Source: Antedon mediterranea
Taxonomy: Eukaryota > Animalia > Echinodermata
Assembly: GCF_964355755.1 (NCBI RefSeq)
Contig: NC_092679.1
Coordinates: 17,343,432 to 17,407,431, forward strand
Length of the DNA stretch: 64,000 nt
Direction of reading: 5' to 3'
Under the pieces are notes generated by a model. That model did not search any database, was not told the origin of the DNA, and saw nothing but the letters and a program-made list of their open reading frames with translations. Within the stretch, counting starts at the first letter, position 1. The number at the start of each line of letters is the position of its first letter. Position numbers and translations under genes: made by a program. This document shows positions 1-15,900 of the stretch, piece after piece.

Positions 1-3000
1 CTTATCAGCTTATATCATCTTAGGTACATGAGAATAGCTGAAAACTTTGATAGCGCCATCATCATTTCACAGGCAAGACATTAGTTTGAATGTTAACAAA
101 ACATCGTTGAAATTGAATTAGTGGCTGTTTTAACAATGCATGAATTACAGTGGAAATTGGTAATTCAGTATTACATAATACCACCATACAGCTACTTACC
201 TATGATTATCCACAAAGCATTGTTGTTATAAAATTCATAGATAATTAACCTACAGTGAATCAGATTACAAAAATTTAGATATAATATCTAAATAAAAAAA
301 AATTAATTAAAAATGTACTAAATTAAAAACGTAAAAACTAAAGGTAGATAAAAATTAATCTCAATGATTTGTTTATAAATAAACAACAAGGTAAACAGTT
401 ACATTAACCCAGACTAAAGACAAAGTCTGGTCTACCATGTTTTTCTTTTGCAGTTTTGCAGGTCAATATTTCTTTCAAAAATCAATAATAATATTTTCTG
501 GGATAATTTGAATATAAAAATATAATTAAAACTGTTTAACATTTAATTTCAGTTAACTCTTCCTTTAACTAAATTTCTGGTTTCCTGTGTTAAAAGTCAT
601 ATAATGCTTTTTGAATGGGTTTATGGTTTTCAGAGAATTTTAATTTTGGCAGAGTCCACCACAGTAAGTAACGTATTAAAATTTACAAACCACAGCATAA
701 ACATATGGTCAGCTTTAATTTTATTATAAATTAAATGAAAACAACAAGTAGATATTAAAAAATATTAATTAAATTGTTTATCTTATTTTTAAAATATTTT
801 GTTTTGTTTTTGTTTTCAGCATTTATAATAATAATAATGGTAGTCTTATTTAGCATCTAATACAATGTTTCTAAGTGCTTCACACAAAAAATGATCCATA
901 AAATATCAATCAGTCACAGGATGAGAATTACATTAATATTTACTAAACTAATTCTCTTAGGATTTGAACCCAGGAGCTTGGAAATAGGCAAGAATCTTAA
1001 CCTTATACAGTATAACTAGGGAAGAGTGTTCACTCTTTCCTGGTATAACCAAGCCCAATACACCAATAACAAATGATCTAAATCTAGACACTCAGAAATT
1101 CCAACTTTAAAAAAAAAACTGATTGTTTATAGTAGTTTTAGATAATAGGTTGACTAAGCCTAAACATGACATCAGATTTGCATGAGTTTTATTCTTTAAA
1201 TTTGTTAATACTGTATGTGCAATTTAAACAACTTAATATAGTATTACAAAGAAATCTAAACGCCACTTTGAATTAATTTCAACCTATAGATAGATATGGG
1301 TAAACATTAAAGTTCCATGATAAATACACATGTTCTTCCCTGAATTACAAGAAACACATAGTACTAAAATTGCTCAGGGCACGCACGCGAAGAAGAATTG
1401 TACTATTTAATAATATATTTCTTGTACTGTATTTTCTCCCCTATAGAGGTATGTATGCCCACATGTAACCTGTTTACAAAAAGCTCCAATCTCTATTCCA
1501 CCCGAAACTTTCATGGAATTTAAATTTTAACTGGTATAACTCCCCTATGTATACAATGTAATCTTATGTTATAATATTTGTTGGTGTGCATTAATCTAAA
1601 ACAAGGGGAAATCCAGGATTTTACTAATGGATCTGCCTTGATACAGTAGGAACTAATTGTTAAAAAATGTTTTTCCTGAAATAGATAGTAAACTATTCTT
1701 GAATGGAACCACCCATACGAAATATCTAGCTTTATCTTTTTACTGTATACATACAGTATATAAATTTTGAAAACGGTTGACAAATTAAATTTAAAAAAAA
1801 CAAAAATAATATTAAATTGTCCAAGTTTTCATAATAAGTCGATTGTAGAAATTGTAATAATGATTATGATAACGAGAATGATTATGATAACGAGGATGAT
1901 AATGATGAGAAATGTACTATGATAGTATGGCAAACCTCTTGCATTCAATTATGTTAATTGAAATAAGCACCTTTTAGACATTTGTACTGCATTGTACATG
2001 TAGTAATGTGCTCATTCATGCAAATCAATTGACCTGCTCGGTCAATCGGAACAAATTTGTGCAAACTCACTGACACCATCAGTAATGTTGATGACAATGA
2101 TGATGACAATGATGATGACAAGAACGTGAAAATGTTGATAATAAAATAATTATTATATAAAAGTAATCAAATCTAACGTTTCTAATGTTAAATGTTTTAG
2201 TATCGCATCGTGTTAATTTAATATTACAAATTGTTGAATTTATTATGTTAAATAGAACACTTGTTAGACGCGGAATTTTGTTAGAGAGATTACAAACACT
2301 GTACTGTGTATTTTAGTCAAGCATATTGACCGGCACAATTGGAACTATGGAAGGACTGCCGTCGTACAATCAATACTGAAACTAAATAATAAAATAATTT
2401 TCATCAATAAGAAACAAAAACTAAAAAATTACAAAAATAATAAATATTTCTAACATTACTAGTTGGTATAATAATTTAGCTGTACTGGATTTACTTTCTA
2501 TTTACATGTAGATAGCGATGGGTGCAATGATGTTAAGCTGTGCAGATGTGGGCGGGGTCGCCATACAATTGTAATGCTTAAATTTGAATCATTTAAAACT
2601 ATACCCACCCTAAGAACATTCTTTATTCAAATATAGTAGACTCCAATGTATGGATGGTTTTGGGGACATTTTCCAGTTTTGAGAGTGATGACTAAATTCT
2701 TAGAAATCTAGCCACTTTACATTACACTGTTAAAAACTTTCCTTTTAGCAGCTAAATACATCTCTTTTAATGTTACTTATAAGTACCTTATAGTTTCCAT
2801 AATTAAGTATATTTAGATGGTCGTTAATTTGTGATTATACTACACAAATATCAGTTAAAGTAATACAGTGATAGGCGTTTAAAATAGACATGTTTAAAAT
2901 GTTATTCTGGCTAGTGTTGTTAGTGGCAAAAATAGTAGTATATTTAAGTCATTATAGCATTATATTAGTAAGAGCAGGGAGTTGTTAATAACAACTCCCT

Positions 3001-3036
3001 GGTAAGAGGTATAAACAGATAATATTATAGAAATTA

Positions 3037-3560
3037 TGATGACGACAATGGTGATAGTAATGATGTTAGTGATGATGACAATGATGATGACAATGATTAT
3101 GTTTATGGTAATGACGATGATGATAATGGCAATTATTATGATGATGACAATGATGATAATGACAATGATTATGTTGGTGATAATGATGACAATGATGATG
3201 ATGATGACAATGATTATGTTGGTGATAATGATGACAATGATGATAATGACAATGATTATGTTGGTGATAATGATGATGATGATAATGACAATGATTATGT
3301 TGGTGATAATGATGACGATGATTATGTTGGTGATAACGATGATGATGATGGTAATGACAATGATGATAATGACAATGATTATGTTGGTGATAATGACAAT
3401 GATCATAATGACAATGATTATGTTGATGACAATGATTATGTAGGTGATAATGATGATGATGATAATGAAAATGATTATGTTGGTGATAATAAAAATGATG
3501 ATTATGTTGGTGATAATGATGACGATAATGGTGATGACAATGATGCTGTTTGTCATTATG
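3037..3560. repeat. Compound (GAT/AAT/GAC)n microsatellite in a PKD intron
   Basis: Trinucleotide low-complexity tract with a recurring unit 'gacaatgattatgttggtgataat'. Smaller tracts at ~1855-1920 and ~2085-2120. Confidence 0.95.
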
Positions 3561-3919
3561 ATAACAATTGTGATGTTTTTGGTGATAAAAAAATAAATAA
3601 AATGATGTTTTTGAAGATAATACAGGTGATACAGGTTGTTAATTTCATGCTATTTGCCAGTGGTTGTAACCACTTTGAGTGTAAAAGTGTTTTCTTTGAT
3701 AGAACTATGTGGTTATATCTGCAACTCCTTTTAAACAGCAGTAAGGGTAGTTACTTTACATAAGCTATTATTTCATGCTGAAAATTCCACCTCCATCTTT
3801 CATAGCAGTAGACACAAACAAATTAATACGATATTAATTATTAGCTGATGTGAGTGGGACTTGAAGCAGCATAGAACTGTGTTAATAAAAGGTTAGGATC
3901 AGCAAACCGAACTACCTAC

Positions 3920-6900
3920 CTTCTTGACTCATAGACGACACATACCACACAGGTTGACCATCATCCGTTTCTTTAAGACTACCGCACGACCCTGAGAAAA
4001 CACCACACATTCTACTCTATAAATTTTATACGACACAGTTTAAATCTAGTAAAGGTTATCTATCGAATGAAAAAAATTGTAAATACCCATCACCAGAAGA
4101 GATTCTACTATTAGGAAACTTTAAAACACTAATTAATGCTAAAAAGCCAAGCACCCTACTCTGAATGAAGAATGAACTATTTACGAGTACTACAGCTTGA
4201 GGCTCGGTAGTAATACACAGGTTAAACACACAAAAGACCTCAGATAGTTATAGAGTAAAATGATTGATACACAGCAGACAGTACACAGAGTGTTGAAAAC
4301 TCAATAGAAATAGAAAAGTTAGATACTCTGATTAGACAAAATGTTGATGTCAATAGTCAGTTTAAAACAATAACAATCAAAAGCACAAACAATCCTGATA
4401 TATTAATGGTTAAAACATGGAGGAAATATAGATGTAGAAAGATTAAAATAAATGATCAAATGAATAATCTTCAGCTTATAATGTCAGGCTTCAAACCCTT
4501 CCACCATCAGGAGGTACTATGAAACTACCAAAAAATTATACCCACTGTCAAAACCGTCTTGGAATGCTATAAAATGGATTTCCCAGAAAAAAAACCAAAC
4601 CACTCGCCACTGTATGAAATTAATAATTACACTAAATTCTCTTTTAATTGGATAATCAACTATAAATACAATAGCTGATGTATGTGATTTGAAAAACATA
4701 GCTATAAATTCTAAAGGTCTGTAAACTAATTTGACAAAAAAGTGTGATGTGCTCAAATATAGTAGTGATACACCAAAATATGGTTGTGATATGACATTAT
4801 CATGTCCATATATGGGCACATCACATTTTTTCAGAGCTTAATGGCATACATTTACACACCACAATCTGCAACAGTAGATGTGTTCTTCATCAGATTGGTA
4901 TTCTTCAACAAACTTGGTTTAATTTTAAGCAAGATGTACATTTATGATGTTGGCCAGTTACTTTTACGTGGATGATGTCCAAGATGGGGTAGTATGGAAT
5001 GGGATAGCATGGAATGGGATAGCATTGGCACGGGTGCCATACTTTTTATTTGGTTTGCAGATATGGTATCTCTTATAATACTAAAATGAATGTATCTACA
5101 TATTTATTATTACATTATTTTTAGTATTAAGTATTTCAAATGGTTTTACCATGAATGGGTAGTCTTGACGAGGGCGGGGCAGAGATTTTTTCTTGAAAAG
5201 AATGGTGCCATACTTTTTATTAGGTTTGCAGATATGGTATCTCTTATAATACTAAAATGAATGTATCTACATATTTATTATTACATTATTTTTAGTATTA
5301 AGTATTTCAAATGGTGGTTTTTACCATGGATGAAGTGTCTTACAAATATTAAGGTCTTAGTATATTCAGTACTATAACTGTACTGTCCTATCATTTGATT
5401 TAAAATGTTTGTTATCCTGTTTACTTATGTGAATAACTGTTACCATAGCAATAGCATTCATGCATATTATAACATCTCTGATTATTATGGTTCAATAAAC
5501 AACAATGACACCCCTATTGTAAAATGGTTTAAACCACAATCCTACGCATTACGTATAAAGAAAATCTAACAGCCATTGAGTGCTAACAAACCAACATGCA
5601 ACCAGAATACCCACTAAAGTAAATAAAAGCCAAAAAAAAAAAAACCAAAAGTGTATTATCTAATAACCTTTTCACAATATGTAGATAATTTATAAATTTT
5701 AAAAGTAATAATAATAATTTAGATTATGTTTTAAAAACATTCAAATAATTTTAACTTTCCATTATAAAAGTTTTATATTTTTTTAAATAAATTAACGAAG
5801 GCGAGGCATAACTGACTAGGCGGAAAAATAATAATACATTTTTTTGTAATTGAGTGTGAAAAGGATATAAGAATCTATCATTGAAAAATGCAAAAGAATA
5901 CTAAAATACACCAGAAAAAGTAAAAAATAATTTGTACAAATAAATTGCTTGCAGGCAAAAACATTGGTATATAAATATATGCAGAATGAATGTGTTATGT
6001 ACTGCAGCAATCACAGTATTTTCAGCATAGATTTCTTAAGATTACCTTCTCTGAGTGCTGCTTCTCCAAGACAGTCCTTAGCAACTTTATCACAGCATTT
6101 CTTATGACAATTAAACTTACAATCTAGAAACAAAACATAAAAAAAACATATTTTTAAAATAAATGATGAGGATATAAATGTTCCCAAGAATGCAGTGTGG
6201 TTACTACACCTGCGTTCCAAATGTAGACTCGGACCGACGAGTCATTGATAGTCTGTACTTTCCCAAGCCATTGGTCAACGTCACAGTTCATTGCATTTAG
6301 GCTGGCTTAAAGGGTCTTTCACATGGCACAGTTCCGGTTCGGCGCCGGCAAATCCAATCGAACGTCGATGTTTCGTTTTTACATGGCTACACGCATATCG
6401 ATTTACGCCTAGCCATGTGGAGAGTCGTGAAAATGAAACATTGATGTTCGATTCACTGGACCGGAACAGGTGTGAAAGACACTTAATTCATTTGGAACAC
6501 CATGCAAGGTGGTTGAAATTTGGGATGTTCCAGAATGCCTAAAATTGATATTATTTGTTTTTATTTGATTTCCCTTTTACATCTAATTATTTTGTGCATT
6601 CTTTTATTTTGTTTATCTTTATAAATTCTATTTCTTAATTAAATTTTATTTTTTGCATGTTTATGTTCCTAATAATCTGGATGGACCACTCGTTAAATAT
6701 TGTTAAAATAAATAAATATTTATGCGATATGCAAAAATACATTAATTGTGATTTGATTTGCTCTGAACATTGCAGTGTATTAGATTAGAATGAAAGATTT
6801 TAATACCACATAATTTTATGCTAATATATGAAAAACTAATTTATTTTATCACAAGTCCTTATGGAAAGAATGAGCTTATTCTGCTATTAACATAAAGGTA

Positions 6901-9900
6901 TACAATGGCATATTCATTCACATAATCTATACCCGAGTAATGATATACCAATTTCATGATTAAAACATGTTTAGTTTTCAAATGTTATGTTAAATAGATC
7001 AGAAAAAATTGATTATTTGATTCAGTCTTCTATAATTCTTCAAGCTTTAAGCTCTGTCTACACTATCAACAAAATATGGTAGTTTGTTTGTTTGTTTATT
7101 TGTTTACCACACACATTTTAATACAAAGTAAGACAAATAACTGAAAGATATAAGTATATAAGTAGTGATATGCCCAAATATAGTATTGATATGACATCAT
7201 CGTGTCCATATATGGGCATATCACATTTTTTGTCATATAAAGTTTGATAGTGTAGACAGAGCTTTATAAATTGATTTATTGCGAGTTTACTAAAGATTGT
7301 GTAGTACAATAGCCCCTACCTGGATAATTCAAATAAAACAAAATTACTTTAAAAACATCAAACCATTCCTTGTCTTAAATGTACGTATTATAGTTAAATA
7401 TGATAAAAAGAGAGAATTTGTATCGCAAGAGGTCCATAGAGTATTTAATTTTACATAAAATTCAGTTTGTGGCCTTAAATTAGATTGAAAAAACAAATGT
7501 AGGGAATGTGTCTTTAAATAAATATTAAATCCAAATTACTGAAAAATTGAAAATGATATGGGTATCAGAGGTTGAAAATTAATGGATATATAAATGAAAT
7601 AAGCAAAAAGCTAAATGAAAACGGTAAAGTGAAATAGCCAGAATGAAGTGCAAAGATTTCGGAAAAAACACTACTCCTTTGTCAAAAGAAATATTAATAT
7701 CAATTATTAATAGACGCTCCCTCCCTTACCCCAAAAGTCAGTGGTACAACCTTGATGTTTAGGACGCATGTACAACACTATCATTATTTCAGTCTACAGG
7801 TATTATAGTAAAGAGAGTCAGGGAAACGATTAGCGAATGTAATGTCAAGACGAATAGGGTAACACAGATAATGATAGATATTGATGAGTAAAAAGAACAA
7901 GTACGTACAGTACTCACAACCTCCCTAGCCAACCTCCTGGTGCATGAACTGAAAATGACAATTCTTCTGGCTATGATCTAGGCTCTAAAGCTATATTCTG
8001 ATGATCATAAAGTCGGGGATAGGATTATTTATACCCAAGGTGGTATTATACCCGGGGAACTACGGTAATTACTGTACAAATACAAAAATAACATTTTACC
8101 GTGAAAATATTCTGGTTCTGTATAACATTCCAGTTGTTTATTATTTGATAGAGTATGTGATCTTATGATGCTGGTACAGTAGGTGAACCTATATTAATAT
8201 CTAAATACTAGGCAAATTACTGAGAAAACAACAGCGGCTATCTCAGTAAATTGAATAAGCAAAAGGCTAAATCAAAACGGTAAAGTAAATAGTTTGAAAA
8301 TGTACTAAGCTTTCGGAAAACACTTTTCTTTTGTCAATGTCAAGGGTTAATGAGAGTACAGTACTTGGAAAACATGAATATTAATAATATCTGAAAGATG
8401 AGGGTTTATCAATTTGATATCTGTTGTACGTGCATACAATTAAGACCTAGTAATGTTCCGCCATACCATGCCAAAGAGTCCCTATCCAATCGCATTTGAA
8501 GAATGCCATGAAAGCTCTAGTGAATGGTTTAGACATATCAAGCAGAAGGTTCCAAGTTCGAATCTTAGAAGGTGGCTTTTCTCATTTGCACACAGATTAC
8601 TGTACCTCATTTTCGTCTATGCCTGTAATTGTTAACAATATCTATATACCCTGTCATCCCAAGTTTATAAGTACTACATTTCACCAAATCTCTGTGTCTG
8701 TGCGTCTTTATTCAGAAACTAGGTGTCTCATGTAAAGTAATCCCGAGAATAGAGATAATCTGATATCAAAGAGGGGGGCCACCCAAGATGAAGGCTCAAT
8801 GTAAAATTTCAAAATTACAGTCGAGCTGATACTTGGGAAAAGTAATCGTATATATAGCTACATTTGACACATATATTTGCTAGTCAATATAAATTATACA
8901 TACCTTTACACTGCATCCCTTGCCTAAATAATCCAACTAACAGTTTCCTACAAAATTGACAAACTGTCGGTTTGGCGTAGTTATGAATCACGAATGTGTG
9001 AGGAACTTTGACCTTACTGGCCAAAGCTTTGTCTACTCCGATTGGTCGACAGCTCCACGAGTTCGACCTCTTCTCTTTACTAAAATCCGAGGATCTAGAG
9101 AGCAAGCTCTGAAAGGAAGCATAATGGAGTTTGATTAGTTTTCAGTTATTGTATGCACAGAGTGAGTGGTAGAAATGCCATCCTAAACTACATCCACAAG
9201 TATTGGAATAATGTTATATTTATCTTTTAACACTTAATTATTGTTTGACAAACATTCTAAAGCCCTGTCTACACTATCAAACTTTATGTGACAAAAACAT
9301 GTGATGTGGCCATATATGGACATGATGATGTCATATCACTAACTATATTTGGGCATATCACAACCATATTTAGACATATCACAATTTTTTTTGTCAAACT
9401 AGTTTGATAGTGTAGACAGAGCATTAGAAATAAAACTCTCCTAAAACCAGACTTTTCTTGAGGTCCAAAAGATCCGCAAACTCTATTTATACCATTAAAA
9501 ACACATTCAGAATGTCAGACAGTCCAGAAAGCCTGTATTTTAGTATACTGTAGCATGGTGCAATGTACAATACTTTATGTTAACATTTTAAGACATCCTC
9601 AGTGACAATTCTGTGCTCTATTTTTTTTAAACATGGCTGTGATTTACGTAGGTGGTTTACATAACTTGATTCTCTAGTATAATACCTGAATGAGCAAGAC
9701 ATATTTCACCATTATATTATACCGCCACCAAATTTTACAAAAGTAAGTACTGACTTTTACCGTGGTTTCATCTGCAGGGCCACCTGAAAGACTTTCTTGT
9801 GACATTGCCGTAAGCGGGAGACTGACGTTACCGCCCACAGACAATGATGGCCGCCGTATCTTAGATAGAGTACAATCATTTGGGATTTTCCAAGCACACC

Positions 9901-12900
9901 TTTTATGATAGTTACATCCACATCCTACAAAAAAGAATGCTCTTGTTAACATGGTTTACAACGAGTTGCTGTAGGCATGCCATTAGGGTTTTCTAGGAAG
10001 AATTGTTTCTTCTCCTCCAGGTTTTGGCAGACCAGTGAACCAGTACACCTACAATATCAGTACCTACAATCATTGGAAAATTGTGTAGACTTTGTCATAG
10101 ACTTTGTTATATTACGGAGTAGATAATAACTGCAGTACTACTGTAGATACTCTATGTATTACTACTACTAAAAAAAAAACTTTTTTAATATTCCAAGTTC
10201 TGACAACAAAAAAACCCTACATGGAATGTGACATTTAATCTAAAACGTTAAATAATTATAATCCTCCTCATTCATTCAAACTGGACTAGGCCCTCTACAA
10301 ACTCGCACGAGCCAGCATTGCAGCATCTCCTCAGCAGCATACCGAGAGACGATCCCCTACTCTTTTCAAATAGTGTACGGTACCTATCTTTCTCTAAATA
10401 AATAAACTGTCAATAAATTCTGAATAAAATTAATAGTATAGTATATGCTACCACTAGCATGCAGTGGGACAAATCCAGGGGCCCCAAAATTGTGTGTATA
10501 ATGTATATGACCAACTGGAGTAAGCTTATTTGATCCAGGGACCTGAAATGTTTATGGTTGAATGCCTATTGTACATAGGGAATTGATGGTACATATGCAG
10601 GGAATACCAGCACTTGTGAAGCAATATCCAGGGACTTTAAAAATCAAAATCTTTAGATTTGTATGCATTATAGATTGTGCATAGCTATGGGAAACAGAGA
10701 ATTGGGTAATGGAATGTCAATATAGAAGAAAACAAATGTTGTTACTGCATACTGCAGACTAAATTGACATTAAAAAAACCTCTCTTTGAAAAATGTTTTT
10801 ATCTGGTTTTCATCTGTATACAATTCTTTACATTACAACTTGTTGTCAACAAAAGTCATCTAGAAATGACTGGATGTTAGTGGTTGCTACTGTAGGAGTA
10901 GCTAAAAACGGCAAATCGCAGACCAGGTTTGCCAATAAAGAGGGGGGGGGGGGGAAGGGGTTGCTTTACAACTAGCTAAGCTACGCCTAGCAACCACTAA
11001 CCTCCAGTTTTTCGAAAAGTCGCACACATTCATATCTAATTACTGGTTTAACTTAAAGAATTGTATACAAACCTAGCCCTGAGTAGTATCATTTAAAACT
11101 AGCCAAATATTGGCAGGGAATGATTTTCAACAAGTAATAATCAGAAAATTTATTACCATCACATTTGATACCCTGTTTGACAAGTCCAAATAGCATCTGG
11201 CCGCAGAAGTCACAAAATGTTGGTACTTTGTACGAGTGAACATACAGTGTGTGTGGTCTGATTTGCATCTCTTCTACTGTCGCGTCAGCTATGAAAAAAA
11301 AGTCATCAAAAATTAATTTTATTGCACAAATAAGGATTATTGTTAAAAAATTTAACTAAATACAGTAAATAAAAATAACTAAAATGAAAAAACCTTTTAT
11401 GTCATCAAAAATGAGGGTCTTAATATTATTATATAATAATTTATTTGGAAGCTACACTTTTGAAACAGTGGCACACTTCTTGAATGAAGGTGCGTCCTAA
11501 GTAAAATAAAACAATAGGCCTATTTACAAGGAAACTTAAAATAAATTATGTACAAGATATAAAAAATAACATTAACAAAAGTAATAATTAATATCGACTA
11601 TTACATTGGCTATTTGCATGATATAGTGTACAAATTATATAGTAGGCCTAAAGTAGTACATTTAAATATGATAATTCGAAGGTCAAATCATTGTGCTTTG
11701 TCGTGCTTACTTTCATTACTTAAAACATTGATTACTTGAAACCAATTCAGTGCTTATTACAGACAACAGAGTCAATCAATCACATAATCTTGTATAGAAA
11801 CAATGTTGAGATGTGTTTTCATTGGCCTTAATTTAAATAACAGTTGAGTTGTACTGCATACTGTAATATCAGACTGTGGTTTCGTAGTGGATAAATTTAG
11901 ACGGCTAATTTTTATTTTTGACCACTTATAATAGATAAAGTAAACATTATTTTTCATGGCACTACTCCCGAGAAGAAGCCCTCTTTCGAGAAACCCTGTT
12001 CAGGGGACACTGTTAAGGGGATACTTTCATGTGCAACGAACAAGAAGCAATAAGCATTTAACACTAATTCTTATTCAAGGGACACTCCTATTAAGGGGAA
12101 CACTTAATGTTCAGCCCAAAAGATGTCCCGTTCTACTGTTGTACTGATCTTCAGGTTGGATTGAATTAGGAACTTTTTTACCTCATGTACCTGTGTTCTA
12201 TGTATGGAAGGCCGAAGAGGTAAAAATGGGTGTGGCCATACTGTAGCTAATAATGAATTGTAAACATATAGAATTTTCATGTAATATGTATGGAAGGCAT
12301 TTAGTTAATGTATTGTAAACATATAGAGAATTTTCATGAATACCGTATTGTTCCTAATAAACGCCCCCGGGGCATTGCATTTTTTTTTTAAGGGGGTGAA
12401 ATGTAAAAATCATAAATAGAGCCTAGGCCTAATAATGAGGCCTACCTACCCTAAAAAAATAAACAAGTTGCTTCTGACGGTCAATCAATGTTTTTTTGGG
12501 TGTGCAACAAATAAGTTCACAGGGTACCTCCAAACCCCCTGCTATGCTCTGTGTCTGCGTTTAGCTGTAATTTTTACTTTAAAATTAAAAATCTTGGATT
12601 GCTCTTGGGGCAAACGGCCGACGATGCAGCGTTCTTCGTTGTCTCTTTCACAACAGAAACAGCGTGGTTATCGTAGTTGTTTCCTTTATTGACATCTGTC
12701 CTCAACGTAATAAAAAGTTCTAACAACTCGAAAGGTCTTCATAAACTAGACGCCTTGTATCAATTCCGTGTTGTGTGAATAAACATGCAATTGTCTGATC
12801 TCCATTGTTTTCCTGGATTTTTAAAGACCAGCAATGTATGTTGTCGCGAATTGAAAAAACGTCCAGTGTCCTACACGCGCGAATTACCCTACGCGCCCGG

Positions 12901-15900
12901 TGTAGGCCTATATTGTTATCACAGTCGCTAAAAAATGTGACTTTCTGGGCTGAAAACCAATTATAAATCCTCTGTTTAGATAGATTAGACTAATAGATGT
13001 GTTAATTAGAAAATGAACAAAAAATAAAGGGGGCATTTATTAGGGGCGGGGCGTTTATTAGGAACAATACGGTATGTATGGAAGGCAAATAAGGTAAAAA
13101 AGGGTGTGGCGATGGTAAACTAAGATCAATAGTATTTATACCTGACAAGACAGCTTCTACCACAGAGCCATCTGTAATCTCATTCGGCGATGTAATGAGT
13201 TGTAGTATATTTGCACTATTTGGATCATGCCTAAAAAACCGTACCTTATCTCCAAGACCATAGAATTCATGTGTCGGGTACTGTGAATATAGAAAAATAT
13301 AATAATTAATTTCTCCTTTAAACTGAAGGACCTCAATGACTGTTCTTCCAGAGAACCCAGTATACAGACAAAAACAAACTTAAAATATGACAAACACAAC
13401 CCATTTCAAAACAAGAAATTTTTCTTACAAAAAACGCAACTCATCTCACTCAATATTTATCAAATGTTTTCATAGACTCTCTTTTCCCAGACATGGTTTG
13501 AGGTGTGCGCATACCCAGTCCGAGTTTCCAAACACCCATTTTTTCAGCCTTAGTAACCTATAAGCTACTGCATGGTAACTGTTTCCTAATGCTTCCGTTC
13601 TCTTGAATGTAACTGCCTTAAGGAGCGGTGCGAACAATTTACACTCTGTTGTTGTGCAGGAATTGATTTTACTTGAAAGCAGGCCTTGTCTTTTGAAAAT
13701 TATAGGTGTGCTACAAATTGCACTCCTCAATACATTCAGGGGCGTGCTGTGCTGTTTGTATTTTGGTGTGTAGAAGTTTACCAAATTTAAGCGTGTTGTA
13801 AATCACATTCCTCAAGGGTAGTTTAGGAGTGTTAGGTTAGTGATGCACTCGCTCGCCTTAAAAGACAAGGCCTGTGAAAGTATACCATACTTGATTTTAA
13901 AAAATAATCATGTACTTTACACTAGTAAAAAATACCCAGAAAACGTAGCTGATTTAACTATGACATTTACAAAATGTTACTCAGAGCGGATAGCACAAGT
14001 CTGTTCAAAACTTGAAAAGACAATAAGGAGTCAATTGCTGAAACCCCGTTTTATATAAATTATTATTTTATTAATATGTATTTTTTTCTGTTTATGAGCA
14101 TATCTCTTACAACTTTATATCCTTCAAGAAAATGAATAAAAAACAATTTCACAAATTATACAGTACACTTAAATAGTCAATAATAATTATCCTATTGATA
14201 CTTTGAATCGCAATTAAAGAGAAAAAAAAATTAAAAAAAAAAAGAGTACTGATATACTCATTAAAAATTACTCTATACCACCACACATTAATATGATGAA
14301 AAGAAATTGCACGCAACCAAATTGGTTGTGATTTAGGCGACTAACGTAGTTGGGACTAACTGTTTAAATTAAAAATTATGCATGTCCCCTGGAGGCTGTG
14401 CTGTATGGATACTAACAGTAACTACTCAGTTGAGAAGCAGATTGCATTATCAATGAAACACTTAATACTCTCTGATCTATTTATACTCAGACTTGAACAT
14501 CATTTTTTAAAGTGCTATTATATAATAAAAAGAATGTTAATTAATAATGTATTTGTATTAAAGATGTATTTTCCCCCTTTTTTTTTAATATACCATTTTA
14601 TTTTCATATAATAGTTATTTACTTTACCAAAAATTGGATCAAAAAAAAAATTTTTTACCTGAAAAAAACTGTAATTTAAAGCAAAAAATAGTCAAATTGG
14701 CTGCCAGCCAATTGGTTTTTGGTTGAATTTAACTGTTTATTTTGTCATTTTATTAGTCAAAATAATATTTGTTCAGGTTTTTTTTCTATGGACTTGATTA
14801 AGTTTGTTAAAACTACATAATGGCCTAATCAAAGTCTGATTTTATTAATCTTCACTTTTCATGTTTTTGGGAGACAATACATATCTTAAACTATACAGGT
14901 AGGATTAATATGGTTTTGAGTATAATATAAATAGTACTATAGTGCAAACATTTTGAGTGAATGATACTCATTTTTTGTGCCATAATATTTTGAGTGCATG
15001 GTAAAAAGCAATACTGTGCGAATATTGCCATTGCAATATTAAAAAGAAATTTTGAAATAAATTATACAGTAGATGCAGTTCAAAGAATCATCCCAAAGTA
15101 TTTGTTTTAAAACATTCAATTGGGAAAATAAATCTTGTAGTTTGCACTATAAATTATTTAATGTTTTAATATTCATAGAGTCATTTAAAAAATATGCAAC
15201 AGATACAGTGACTAATCGAGGATTTTTAAATAGAGATGGGAAGGGGTGAATGAACTTTCATATGTCCTTACTTTTGCAATTGCAATGTTTTAACATTTAT
15301 TTGGCCATCTTATAATCATCTTATCATCATAATTCTGTTTGTAATGTTTTGTTGTTTTTTTTTAGATAAATTGATACATACATTTGTCTTACATAAAACA
15401 AAATAAATTGGAAAGTTTTCGTTTTAGATAGGAAAATCATTTTAATATGCTGTCATTGATAAAAATAATATTTTAAAAAATCCAATCAAATGATGTCATG
15501 ATCAATAAAAACAATAACATCGTTGTATTGCCATGATATTATTGCTCTTACTGATCATGACGTCATTTGATTGGACAAAGGCAGTATATACAGGTACAGT
15601 ATGGCTATACAATACCGTAGTTATAGGATGTAAATTGTTTAGATTTCTTTTGTTTTATGTATAAAAAATACATATTTATCTATTTATCGTCGATCGTTAT
15701 CGTCCTAGTGTAAATGGGCCTTTAAGCTCAATAAAGATGAAAGAATCTCAAATCATTAGAAAAGAGAAAAATGGATCAAAAACTTTGGATGCAAAACATG
15801 CAGTAGATGAATAGTATATATATGACAGTACAGTAGTAACAGCAGTGCTACAATAATAGTATACAGCTCTGACAACAGTAGGCCTACAATAATAAAGTTA

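Noticed and set aside
2960-3556. Ile-rich (-) and Met-rich (+) ORFs
   Set aside because: Translations of a trinucleotide microsatellite inside a PKD intron.
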